In this document: positions 1 to 10,916 of the stretch, piece by piece
Layout: each line of letters starts with the position of its first letter
Numbering within the stretch: the first letter of the stretch is position 1
NCBI GenBank assembly: GCA_032718475.1
Contig: JAUCBJ010001767.1
Span: 1-37,638, forward strand
Direction of reading: 5' to 3'
Length of the DNA: 37,638 bases
From: Nemertoderma westbladi
Taxonomy: Eukaryota > Animalia > Xenacoelomorpha
Position numbers and translations under genes: made by a program
Notes under the pieces: model-generated
Told to the model about the DNA's origin: nothing
The model's input: the letters and a program-made list of their open reading frames with translations, nothing else
Database searches by the model: none

Positions 1-398
1 CACCAAATTTATTTGAGCCGGAAATTGTAATATTATAAAGCCAGATAGGGGGGGGGGGGGGGGGGGAGGGGGGGGACTGGATGCAATAAAAATTCATCCC
101 TCTCCAGGGGAAATTTGACGCAAATAACAGCTGATTACTCTCAAAAATAAAACTGTAAACTGTTTTGTTTAGTTTATTGTTTTGGTTAAAATAACATGCC
201 ACTGTAACCTGCTGCTGCTCCTTTCCCTAAATTAATAATTTAACTGAGGCGGGATATTAATTCGCCAAGATGGGATTTGCGTCCACTTCCCCTGTCTATA
301 TAAAGCTGTAAAAGTGCTAGATTATAAGACTTGAATTTAATCTTATAATAATTATTTCTTTAATAAATAATTAAATTATTGTCGGCCAAAATATACTC

Positions 399-674
399 GC
401 CCATGTGAAGAATTCCAGGATTTCACTTTTCGGTCGACTTTTTATTGGAATTTTATATATGAAGATTTTGTATTTTTTTAATTTATCTTTATTAAGTGTT
501 TTATAGCGCTAATTTCTGTCTTATAAGCTGTACATATACTAATTCGTTTATTGTTTTGGTTAGATTCAACCCGTCTGTAACCTGTGTTTTTTTGTGAAAA
601 CCTGATATTCTTCACATGGGGGTAACTGCAAAGTGAAATATAACGTCAGAAAGTCTGGTATTCTTCACATGGGC
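399..674. mobile_element. MITE-like non-autonomous element, copy 1 (empty-site copy)
   Basis: GCCCATGTGAAGAATTCCAG (399-418) is inverted against CTGGTATTCTTCACATGGGC (655-674), 19/20 match, with an extra internal copy at about 602-620. A second dispersed copy lies at 16114-16507. True outer ends and TSD are not resolved. Confidence 0.7.
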
Positions 675-689
675 CTAAATATACTTATT

Positions 690-870
690 AAAAATAATAT
701 AATTAAATTTATAAGAAAAATAATATAATAATAATAAATAAATAAATATAAAATATTATAATAAATAAATAAATATAAAATATTATAATAAATCATTATT
801 AAAACTTAATAAATTAGTATTAATAAAATAATAATAGTATTATTATAATTATATCAAATTATTAATAAAT
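690..870. repeat. AT-rich low-complexity tract
   Basis: Almost pure A/T, with repeated ATAATAAATAAATAAATATAAAATATT-like units. Confidence 0.7.
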
Positions 871-1393
871 GTACATAGACGAACCCTAATTAACACTAAT
901 CCTAGCACAGTTTCCAATATAAGTTGTTTAGCGTATGGACTACATTTGTAGTCACATTATTTGAACATTATTTACAATGTTATTTTTTTGAATAATTTTA
1001 TTTAAAAATAGAAAATAAATAGTTTGGAACCATTTTCATGCCAAACTTTAGGTTGGGGGGGGGGGGGGGGGGGGGGTTGGACAACATATACAATAACAAC
1101 AACATGATTATGTGTGAGCTCTAGGTTATTTAAGTATATCTGTATATTCAGTTCCAACATAAAATTGTATTGCATAGTTCAGTTCATATAAAAAAAGTAG
1201 GAAGACTACAGTTGTGTTGTTGTTTGTTTAGATACCCAAACAGTCAATAAAAGTTTGTGGTTATCTTTGCATTTATCACACCGGACTCTTGTTTGCTTGC
1301 TATATGACGTTTCTAAATTTTAAACATGCTAAACCTTTCTAAATATTGCATAGTTTATTATGAAGCACTGGTAAGCCTATAGTTGTTACTTGT

Positions 1394-3284
1394 CTAGACT
1401 CCCAAACATTCAATACATGTTTTCACAACGATATGGTGATCTTTGCAGACTGGTACAAAGCATTTATCACACCGGACTCTCGTTTGCTTGCTATCTGACC
1501 TTTCTAAACATAGCTTACATCGTCTGGGACCCGCAGAAGGAACTTTACTATTTGGCAGACTTTTATATCCCAAAACAGATGCAGCCAAACGCGATGATCT
1601 TGGTAATTGCAGTGAATATAATCTCAACTTAATGTTTGCTTCCACCAATGAAAGTGACAGTATCTTGATAAAAGCACGACGATCATTTCTGTAACCATTC
1701 TTCACCATCAATAGAAATGCGTTCAACCCAGCTATGTCTAAAATGTTGAAGAAGACTGCCAGAGGCCACCGATTTGTTTTTCTTTTACAAGAGAAGTGAG
1801 CTATTCTCATATCCAGCAGATCAACACCATACTTGGTTTCATTATAATCCTCTATCATTATTGCCTTACCTTCCTTGTTTACTTCAAATCGATCGTGGGA
1901 CGTGCTCAGTAGAATAACATTTTTGTTCTTTTTTGGGACATATGAAACAAGAGTTATCTTTTCAGCTGAATTGTGGACGAAAACCGATGTATCAGGGGAG
2001 CGATCTTTAATATTTTTTATTTCATTTGGTATTTCCTTTCTGTTACCACGGAGTGTTCCCAATAATGACAAGTCCTTCTCCTTGAGTTTCACCCCCAATG
2101 AAAAGGAAGTGAAATAGTTATCGGTTGTTATCCCTCGTCCAGTGTAATAGAAAGGGGTACTCAATTCCATCACAATTTCGGTTGCTAGCCCCTTATGAAC
2201 TTTTCCATCGGTATCTTTGCCACTATATATCAACCCCTTTAATGCAAATCCTGATTTTGCCTCTACAATCCAATTTTTTTTCAAACCGAATTTCCCTGGT
2301 TTGCATGGCATGTACGTACGCGCCTGGCATTCGTCCTCTATATCCAAGCAACTGTTCATCTATCGTTAATTGCTCTTCAGGTATGATGTACTTTAGCAAA
2401 GTATCCTGAAACATGTTCCATACATCTCGTATAGCAGCAAACTTATCAGTTTTCAAACGTTCTCCTCGAGTAGCTTTATTGTCGAAACGTAGGCATTGAA
2501 TGAGACTAACAAAACGATTATAACCCATGGTGGCTCTAAACATTGGAGGACCGTGAATCGGGTTCCATAACTCAGTTAGCTGTTGGTGGGAACTTTTGTA
2601 TACACCGGCTAGAAGCAGCAAACCTATACCTGCACGAAGCTCTATGCATGAGAAAGCCTTGAATCTACTGACAGACACTCCGGGATTTTTTATTGAAAAC
2701 AATATCCTCCCTCGTCTATTTGTTTCTTGGAGTACAATATAAAGGATTTCTTCAGTAAAGTATAGGCCAAAACTTTCAGTTTCACTTGCAGGATTGACTA
2801 AGGCTCTTGGTCTGAAACGGATAATATCTTGTTTACTACGCTTGCATGGTGGGGGTTGCACAGTGGTGTATTCTGCACCTGACTTTGCCACATAAATTGG
2901 GTGGACAGCAGGCAGAGTATTACCTGAACTCGTATCACTGTCGCTCAAATCACTACAGTCAAATGGAGTGGTTTCCATGTCAAAATCCGAAGCACTGCTG
3001 AGATCACCAGCCTCATCATCATCCAAAATGACACTGATACCAACCACATTTTCAACATCATCATCAGAATTTCTAATATCTGTTCCCGTTGCCACATTAC
3101 AAATATCAACTGTATTTTCGATTCCATCATTTTGTGTGCCATTTTCTTCATCTTGTTCCGGTGTCTCATCACCAAGATCAAGCCAGTGCTGTACGTTTAT
3201 AGTTTCAATAGCTTGCTCCAAAATATCACGGTCACGTTGATCAGGAAAATAGCTTTCAAACAATAGCCGATTATAGTTTGTCAT
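1394..3284 (-). pseudogene. piggyBac transposase (PGBD4-like), about 629 aa, split by one +1 frameshift at about 2330
   Basis: ORF 3284-2223 has an acidic N-terminus, FRATMGYNRF, LRFDNK, DKFAAIR and TIDEQL. It joins ORF 2359-1394, which has MPCKPGKFGLK, TTDNYFTS, GTLRGNRKEIP, YNETKYGVDLLD, RWPLAVFFNILD and the C-terminal Cys-rich RRCKLC...CDKC...CKDH...CIEC. All three catalytic Asp residues are present. CGA-A-TGC shows one extra base. Confidence 0.93.
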
Positions 3285-3571
3285 TGTATTTGTATCACTT
3301 ATAGCAGGCTATATGTGGCAGGTTAGTTAGTAACAGGTCGGCAACTCTACCTCAGTACTGTATCTAAATTTGATTCTGAAAGTAATAATTTAGGCCTACA
3401 GTCAGACAGTATTATCCAGAATTAAATTCTGCATATTTGTATGAATATATTTAGTGAATACAGACAGGTGCCCCTGGGCCTCTACGGTTTATAAAGACAA
3501 TGACTAACTAAATTTGTCAAAATCCCTTATACTACACTGTGACTACAAATGTAGTCCATATGCTAAACAAC

Positions 3572-4260
3572 ACGTTCGTGGGGACTTCGCGCAGCACGTA
3601 GTCGGCAAGCCTTGGCATACGGTTCATATAGAGCAAATGGGGCATGTCTAGTTTGAACCCCATATGCATACGGTTCATATAGAGCAAATGGGGCATGTCT
3701 AGTTTGAACCCCATATCCCATGCTATAAATGTATTCATTCGATATACAATCATATGTTAATCCGCTAGGTGGTGTCAAATTGTTATTCTGCAATTTTGTA
3801 CTTACCAGTGCAGCACTGTACAGCAGTACCGTACCGGTAGGCCTATGTCATTACTTCTGAGTCTCTAGCGGATCCCCAATTAAATGTCTTAACTTTTCAA
3901 TTTCGTAAAAGATAGACTTCATGATTCTCTACAGGCCACCAAAATTTCAGCTCAGGAAAATGAGGCCTTCCCGAGAAATTTAACATTTTCTAAAAACCAC
4001 AAAATCTGTCGTAGCTGACGTCAGACTGCATGATTTTTCACCAAACTTTACAAACTTTCTAAACTTTCTCTCTACTACTTGCCTACTAAGTTTGGTTCAA
4101 TTCCGAACCAGCGATGCCGAGAAATTCGCGTTCAAACATTTACCAGACAGACGGACGGACAGACAGACAGACGGACAGACAGACAGACGGACATGCCCCA
4201 TTTACCCTATATGAACCGTATGCCAAGGCTCGCCGACTACGTGTCTCGCCCCACATTAAT
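3572..4260. mobile_element. Nested non-autonomous element (DINE-1/Helentron-like or MITE) inside the piggyBac 5' region
   Basis: 54-bp inverted repeats at 3595-3648 and 4190-4243, extended by GTGGGG/CCCCAC. A 51-bp tandem duplication lies at 3615-3716 and a (GACA/GACG)n microsatellite at 4144-4192. Ends are approximate. Confidence 0.7.
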
Positions 4261-4759
4261 TAACTATTTAACTCAGGCATTGGCCAGGAAATACAATAAT
4301 ATAAACGCATTATCCAATAGAAAACGCGTTTTCCTACAGATAGATGAAGCACCACCTTCAAGGCATTAGAAGTTGATGAGGGGAGAGTTGTTGAAAGTGG
4401 CTTGACTACAAATGTAGTCCATGCGCTAGCATTAGTGTTAAGTAGTTAAACACTTAATTTTTCAAAACCAATTTATTACATAATAAAGCAATGATGCAAT
4501 GTAAGCCCTGCCGTCTCGGGGTAGTTTATAATGACTAATAAACTTCTAAATCTCTCCTGAATACTAATAGTAACATATACTGAAAACTGACTACTCTTAA
4601 CAGGGGTAAGGGGGTTAAAGGTGCCAGACAGGTAAGTATGGTGATAGCAAGCAGCCTTGGAAGTTGGAACTATCCAATATCCATCTGAGGCACCAATTAA
4701 CTGCAGTAAGCCTATCAGGAATCTATAGACATCTACACAATGATTGGACCAAAAAAGGC

Positions 4760-4789
4760 GCGACCTTTACTAACATTAGTAAAGGTCGC
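4760..4789. repeat. Perfect 14-bp-arm hairpin
   Basis: GCGACCTTTACTAA-CA-TTAGTAAAGGTCGC. Confidence 0.85.
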
Positions 4790-4980
4790 ATTGGGTTGGA
4801 CACTGACTCATCCTTCCACTACTACTACTACTACTCTACTATGGCTATCACCCATTGAAGTCTCTGTGCTGTCAATGACTTATTCCTTTAGAAGTTTATG
4901 TAGGTACTTTACTGGGATTGATACATATTAGATTGGTCGATGGCTGAGGCTAGTCCAGATATAATATATTATATAATATA

Positions 4981-5938
4981 TTAATATACTGATCTGATTG
5001 CTGCAATAATTTCATCAGGAATCCCATATAATGAAAGTATGCTGAACATACGTGACCGAGAGACTGAATCAAAGGCCTTGAAGAAGTCAACAAAGATAAA
5101 AGCCAGATACCTGTCTTTCTTTTTTGATAATTCTTCAATTATCCTTCTAAGTGCCAAAATGGGATCCATGGTCCCACGACCTTTACGGAACCCATTCTGA
5201 TTTCCACGGAGCAGTCTCTCAATGGGATCCCTGATGCGATTTAATAGAATCCTATTGTATAGCTTTGCAGCAATCGAGATCAATGAGATTCCCCGAAAAG
5301 AACCATAGAGTGTTAGGTTGCCCTTCTTGGGAACTGGCACCAACTTATTTGTTTTCATTTCTTGTGGGACTCTTGTTGTTCGGTACATGTCTACTATGAT
5401 GGGATAGATGAGCTTTAAACACTCAGATATTTTAAAGACCTCAGGGGGAACACCTTCTACTCCACTGGCACGATTGGTCTTAATGCTCTTTGCAGCAGCC
5501 TTCACTTCTGCAAAGGAGATATCGCCAATGGGAATATCTGGGAGTACAGACTCAGACACTTTTACTTCTATAAAGTTATCAGGCAATACCCTGTCATTAT
5601 TGAGGAGCTTTTCAAAGTGGGCTTTCCAACCATTGAGGCGATCGGCTGGTGATTCAGCCTTAACCTTGGTGGTTGGTTGGCTTTTCCGCCCAGTAAGCAG
5701 ATTGATCGATTTCTATGCCTGGGATGATTGCCTGCTGTCTTCAGCATCATTGATGGCATCAACCTATTGGTTTATTAGCTCCTGTAGATTAACAGAGTCC
5801 TGCCTGTTCAGGGACCTAGATGCAACCTTAACTACATTCTTGGCCGCTGTAGTCTGTTTGAGTCGGGACTCTTTCTGCGCCTTATGAAGGTCATTTCGGC
5901 ACTTCTGAATTTTGTTGTCAGTCCAGGGGGCACGATTA
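4981..5938 (-). mobile_element. Non-LTR retrotransposon (RTE-like) reverse transcriptase fragment
   Basis: ORF 5586-4981 has SGVEGVPPE, VPVPKKGNL, FRGISLISIAAKLYNRILLNR, NQNGFRKGR and FVDFFKAFDSV (early RT motifs). An upstream broken frame reads RAPWTDNKI. It is truncated before the YADD motif. Confidence 0.9.
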
Positions 5939-5939
5939 C

Positions 5940-6310
5940 ATGCCTATCGAGAAAGATGTTAATCTACTGATTGAGGAAATTCACGAAACGGTTGATTCTT
6001 TAAATAAGATCCGCAAAACGATTTTCGATAAAGCTGTCAGTAATATTGCTATCGCTCAGGAGAGGCAGAAAAAATCGTATGATGCACGGCTTACGAAAAG
6101 CATATTCAAAGTTAATCAATTCGTCGTTTGCGTAACTCGAAGAGATGTAAGAAAGTGTGGGAAACTAGAAGCAGCATGGCTATAGGGCCGTATAAAGGTA
6201 GCGAGGTGAGGGACAAGGGTATCTATAAACCTGTAAACTGTGCAATACTGCTGGGATTCCATTGAAAAATGGTCTCAATAATGGTCAGAAATTAAAGAAA
6301 TATTATATAA
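5940..6310 (+). mobile_element. Gypsy/Ginger-type integrase C-terminal (GPY/F) fragment
   Basis: AVSNIAIAQERQKKSYDAR...FKVNQFV...RKCGKLEAAWL, then a shifted frame GPYK...KGIYK, and later LKNG...GQKLKKY. This is the typical post-integrase-core GPY/F region. Confidence 0.75.
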
Positions 6311-6608
6311 GTTAGGATAATTCCATGGATGACTTCGTTACGCCACGGGGTAAAAGCAACAAAAAGGAGGGGAAGAAGAGTACGAAGAGATTGGATAGCG
6401 CAGAACGGCGCATCGACGAACAGGATGAGAGGGGGAAGATATTTTACTATCCCCATTACAGTAATAATCATACAGGTGTCATTGGTTGGGTTTGTCATTG
6501 GTCAGTTGTGTCATTTCGTTTAATTAATAATTAAGTGAATTAATTCCCTTATATTAATGGTTTTACCATTTACAGACTGACAGATAGTATTTACGTCTAT
6601 TTTTACAC

Positions 6609-7946
6609 CTCAACAGGTATGTGGACGTCATTTTACGTCAATTATGTTTGTTGCAAGAACTCAAAGTTTTGATGGTTGACGTAATTACGTAAAATTACGT
6701 CTTGAACACGTCTTGTTGACACGTTCCTGTATAAGACTTATACATGGTGGATATAATTACCTAAAATGACGTCATGAACACGTCTTGACGGCACGTATCT
6801 GTGTGATACTTTTCATGTTGGAAATAATTACCTAAAATTACGTCTTGAACACGTCTTAATGACACATCTACTTACCACTTATACCTACTGACTGACTACA
6901 GTATGAGTACAGTATATATTAGTGGTGGGTATATTTTAGTTAGTTATTTATATAGGCGGTGGGTGTGAGTGGGTAGGAAAGTAATGAGGTGGGTGCGTGT
7001 GGGTAGGATAGGAAGGTAATATGGTGGGTGTGAGTGGGTAGGGAGGTAATGAGGTGGGTGTGAGTGGGTATGAAGGTAATATGGTGGGTGTGAGTGGCTA
7101 GCAAGGTACTATGGTGGGTGTGAGTGGGTAGGAAGGTAATGAGGTGGGTGTGAGTGGGTAGGAAGGTAATGAAGTGGGTGTGAGTGGGTAGGAAGGTAAT
7201 ATAGTGGGTGTGAGTGGGAATGAAGGTAATATGGTGGGTGTGAGTGGGTAGGAAGGTAATATGGTGGGTGTGAGTGGGTAGGAAGGTAATATGGTGGGTG
7301 TGAGTGGGTAGGATGGTAATGAGGTGGGTGTGAGTGGGTAGGAAGGTAATGAAGTGGGTGTGAGTGGGTAGGAAGGTAATATAGTGTGGTGTGAGTGGGT
7401 AGGAAGGTACTATGGTGGGTGTGAGTGGTGCTATTGCGCACTCTGAGTACCACCAATGACAAGAAAATGGCCAAATTGACCCATTAGGTTTATTATATTT
7501 AGATATTTATTTATATTATATTTGGTTTATTATTGGTTACATTATATAATAATGTTTTTTCTTTATTATAGTATCAACAAACACCGTCAAGAAAGTAAAA
7601 TCAATTTCAATCATAACTGTCATGGATCTAAGCGATGTAAAAAGCGACGCGTAAGTGCTTGTGTGGTGTAGTTATTTGAATTTGGCGTCTGTTATTGTTA
7701 CAGTACGTGTCTAGCACGTCATTTGACGTGCTTGTGTGGTGTTCCAGTGTAGTATTTGACGTCTGATGACGTAATTGACACGTGTCTAACAAGTCATTTG
7801 ACGTAAACTGTAGCACGTCATGGTTTGACGTGCTCAAACACGTGTTTGACACTTCCAAAATACACGTGGCCAAGACGTCATTTTCAACACGTTGACGTCA
7901 AATAATTACGTCGTATCCACGTGTTTTTGACGTGTTGATGCTTATA

Positions 7947-7949
<3 letters not shown>
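6609..7949. mobile_element. Possible CMC/EnSpm-like non-autonomous element with ACGT-rich subterminal repeats
   Basis: Dense GACGTC/CACGT motifs at 6620-6870 (three units of about 71 bp, TAATTACSTAAAATKACGTCWTGAACACGTCTT) and at 7640-7935. The right end reads GATGCTTATAGGG. The TIR match is poor and no TSD is seen. Confidence 0.4.
6958..7428 (+). repeat. 30-bp G-rich minisatellite, about 15 units
   Basis: Unit GGTGGGTGTGAGTGGGTAGGAAGGTAAT(AT/GA). Confidence 0.95.
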
Positions 7950-7979
<30 letters not shown>

Positions 7980-8290
7980 GGTAATAAGTTCAATTGTTAC
8001 ACCAACTGAGTAACAGTTATTCATATTCATATTATTAGTTTGCAGGTGGGGAGGATATATATTTTCTAATAATAAAAAGGCTAAAACAATATAACCTCAT
8101 TACAATAAATTTATCATCACGAAATTTTTGGAGGAGCAGGTTACACAGACAAGGTTTTCTAACCCGACAATAAACGATAGGCTAAGTACAGTACATATTG
8201 AATAACCGGTCTGCCAGTACTGTATCCATACTGAATACAGGAATAACCGGTCTGCCAGTACTGTATCATTGACAATAAGGAAGGGAACGG

Positions 8291-8651
8291 AGCAGTCTGG
8301 CAGTGCATTTTGAATTTATTGCAATAATATTGGGGGGGGACCAAATCCGCGAACGAGGACCCAATCATGCCAATCCGCTAGCAGATTTGGTCCTAGGGAG
8401 ACCAAATCTGCTAGCGGATTGGCATGATTGGGTCCTCGTTCGCGGATTTGGTCCCCCCCAATATTATTGCAATAACCCCCTGATTTGGTCCCCTCGGACT
8501 CAATCCGCTAGCAGATTTGGTCCTAGGGAGACCAAATCTGCTAGCGGATTGAGTCCGGGGGACTAAATCCGCTAGCAGATCCGGTCCGGGGGGGGGACCG
8601 ATTCTTCGGGGGACTGAATGCGCTGTTACACCGGCATACTGCCAGACTGCT
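8291..8651. repeat. Nested palindrome complex, probable DNA-transposon terminus
   Basis: A hairpin with arms of about 77 bp spans 8316-8475 and a second hairpin spans 8482-8569; both share the centre GGTC-CTAGGGA-GACC. An outer 14-bp inverted repeat lies at 8291-8304 and 8638-8651. The complex includes TGTTACA-CCGG at 8624-8634. Confidence 0.85.
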
Positions 8652-8889
8652 AATATTTAAATGTAAAGTAGGCCTACTACCAGACTACAGTACTAAGTTA
8701 CATTAATTGCTTGTTAATTTAGTGCATTTAATAGGCCTACTGGTCAAGATTAGCAAATAATCACATAACAACCAATCAAACAGACAGACAGAACAGCCTA
8801 TAACAACTTAAAGCATTAATAAAACAGGCAATATCATTGGATGTTCAGAAAATGATTGCTTGGGTTTTTACTCATGTGCACAGATTTAA

Positions 8890-8957
8890 AAAAAACCGGG
8901 CCGGCACCGGTTCGGCCAAAACTGAAAACCGGTACCGGTGCACCGGTCCATTCCTAG
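8890..8957. mobile_element. hAT-like terminal remnant
   Basis: ACCGG(T) subterminal repeats end in CATTCCTA (reverse complement TAGGAATG, a hAT-type terminus). The partner end was not found. Confidence 0.4.
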
Positions 8958-9819
8958 TAGCATCTTCTTACATTTTATATCATTTTCGATTTTTTTTTCT
9001 TTTGATTTATAATTTTTTTTCGATTTTTTTTATTTGTATCATTTTTGATATCACAATAAGTGTTGACCCGGCTGCCCGGACCCTGCCTTTTTGAGACAGA
9101 CCCGGAACCGGACCCGGCAAAATGTTCGACCCGGCAAAATGTTCGATCCAGTCGTTTACTAATTACATCCACAAAGAGCTTAAAGAGTTACTATAAGGGA
9201 AACTTAAATAACAGATAAACCAATTATCAGAAAAATGAACAACACATTACAAAATTTGTATTTTTCAAAAATTTCAAATTTTCGGAGGATTTTTAACACC
9301 CATTGCCACCTTCTGATCAATAGTTTACTAATTTGGTTACGAAAATATGGACATTCATGTATCCAATGGTTAGAATCAAGCACAATTAATTCAAAACTAA
9401 TAATCAGACACATTTTCAAATAATGTGCTTCATGGATTTTTGCAAATAGGTCAAATTTCAAACAGCGATATATCGAGAATGCATCAACAAAATCAGCTAA
9501 AATTTTCAAAATACAATTTTTTCACAAGTGGTGAAAATGTCATCGAAAATCTCTGACCCTTGCCACACCCATTGGTCGAGCTTGAAAAGAATGACTCATC
9601 GATTACTGGGAAATATGTTGTAGGCTATCTACCGGCTGACCGGTGCCAGTGCTGTATAAAATATAATCTTGAACAAATGCGGCCCCTTCACAAATATCTC
9701 CATATAGCCTACCGGTAATTTATCTTAACCATAATGAATGAACTGATGAACCAATCACGCTCAGGCAGTCAGGTGAATCTAATCAATCGATATACAAATA
9801 CAGCCAGACAGAAATAATA

Positions 9820-9921
9820 CGAAAACCTAGCGATAACATTCAAAAACCTGCAAAAACCTTCCAAAAACCGAACAAAAACCTAATTTTTGTTTTGAAAAAC
9901 CTAAGGTTTTTGCCAGCCCTG
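9820..9921. mobile_element. hAT-like right-end remnant
   Basis: Repeated AAAAACC subterminal motifs end in GGTTTTTGCCAGCCCTG (reverse complement CAGGGCTGGCAAAAACC). Confidence 0.55.
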
Positions 9922-10769
9922 CCTGCAAGGTACCGACAGACCCTGAACTAAGCCGCCTGACTTGCCTTAGGAGGACCAACCTTGTAAAATTGTGAGGGGC
10001 GAGCGGTACGCAAAGGGTCTACTGACTATCGACTAGACGGAGTGTACTACAGTTTATCGCTGCAGTTCCTCACCTATCCGACGGACAGACATCGACAGAC
10101 ACAGACCCGACGGAGTGAAATGTTATTACTGCATTCACTCACCGACCTTACGGACTTCTGACGGACTTCTGACCCACGGATTTCTGACAGACAACTATCA
10201 AACGTAATTTGGGGGGTTAAAATTATATCTATAAAGTAAGTCAAACTGCCCGATTCAATAATTTGTACTGTAGGTCTAATATTATGTTATTTGCATTGTG
10301 TATATTCTATCTATATTGGCCTTGGGGTGACCCATATATTTGTAATCAGTATCGTTTCATCTAAGAGAACTAGATTACTAGAATAAATTGATGTTCAAGC
10401 CAACTCGTTCTTTTTATATTCGATCTGCATTATCCACTATTTCATCCCAATACCGTTGACAGCCAATACCGTTGACAAGTATCTCGGGATCGCAAACCCC
10501 CCTGAACTTACATCGGCGTCAAACACATGGTTAGGATTTGACGGCTACGCCGTTTGTGCCTTTGTTAAATACTTTCAATTTGCCATCCGTCTCTTAATTA
10601 GTTGTTGTCGCGTTTCTATAGTTGTCCTCAATAAATAATCTTATTTTACCAAATGCTCCAATTACGTTTGGTGGTCAGTTCTAACCCTAATTTAAACTAG
10701 GCCTACTACGCTAGGCGGTATTGTTAATTTTTTTTGGATCCATTTCCTTGTTTTTTTACTGTGACTATA

Positions 10770-10795
10770 ACCTGCTCCGCTCCTTTCTGATACAG
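10770..10795 (+). promoter_or_regulatory. Probable 3' splice acceptor upstream of zinc-finger gene A
   Basis: Pyrimidine tract CCTGCTCCGCTCCTTTCTGATACAG|CGA. It is conserved in paralog B as CCTGCTCTTTTCCGTTACACAG|CGA on the minus strand near 29402-29423. A candidate donor GTAAGT lies at 10236-10241. Confidence 0.5.
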
Positions 10796-10916
10796 CGACC
10801 TCATCATTTATTATAATTGATTCGCTTGAAATTTATAATAGAGAAGAGCTTGACATACCTTAAACTTCTGCCGCCTGTATTTAATTTATTGATTAATATT
10901 TATTGAAGATTAGATA

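Larger units (their letters stand above)
894..4437 (-). mobile_element. Full-length piggyBac DNA transposon
   Basis: TTAA at 890-893 and 4438-4441. 13-bp TIRs CACTAATCCTAGC (894-906) and GCTAGCATTAGTG (4425-4437). A 20-bp subterminal repeat ATGGACTACATTTGTAGTCA lies at 935-954 and inverted at 4403-4422. The element encloses a piggyBac transposase. Confidence 0.93.

Noticed and set aside
2223-2359. Programmed ribosomal frameshift in the piggyBac transposase
   Set aside because: Homology switches frame at a single extra base (CGA-A-TGC) with no slippery site there. A mutation or sequencing error is simpler.
5408-5887. 159-aa plus-strand ORF, and similar short ORFs at 1390-2409, 2968-3240 and 11715-11972
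   Set aside because: These are antisense shadows of RT, transposase or zinc-finger coding sequence.
7109-7474. His/Pro-rich 121-aa ORF
   Set aside because: It is the translation of the 30-bp minisatellite.
10681-10690. Telomere-like CTAACCCTAA
   Set aside because: It is fewer than two units and is altered in the paralogous upstream region, so it is probably chance.
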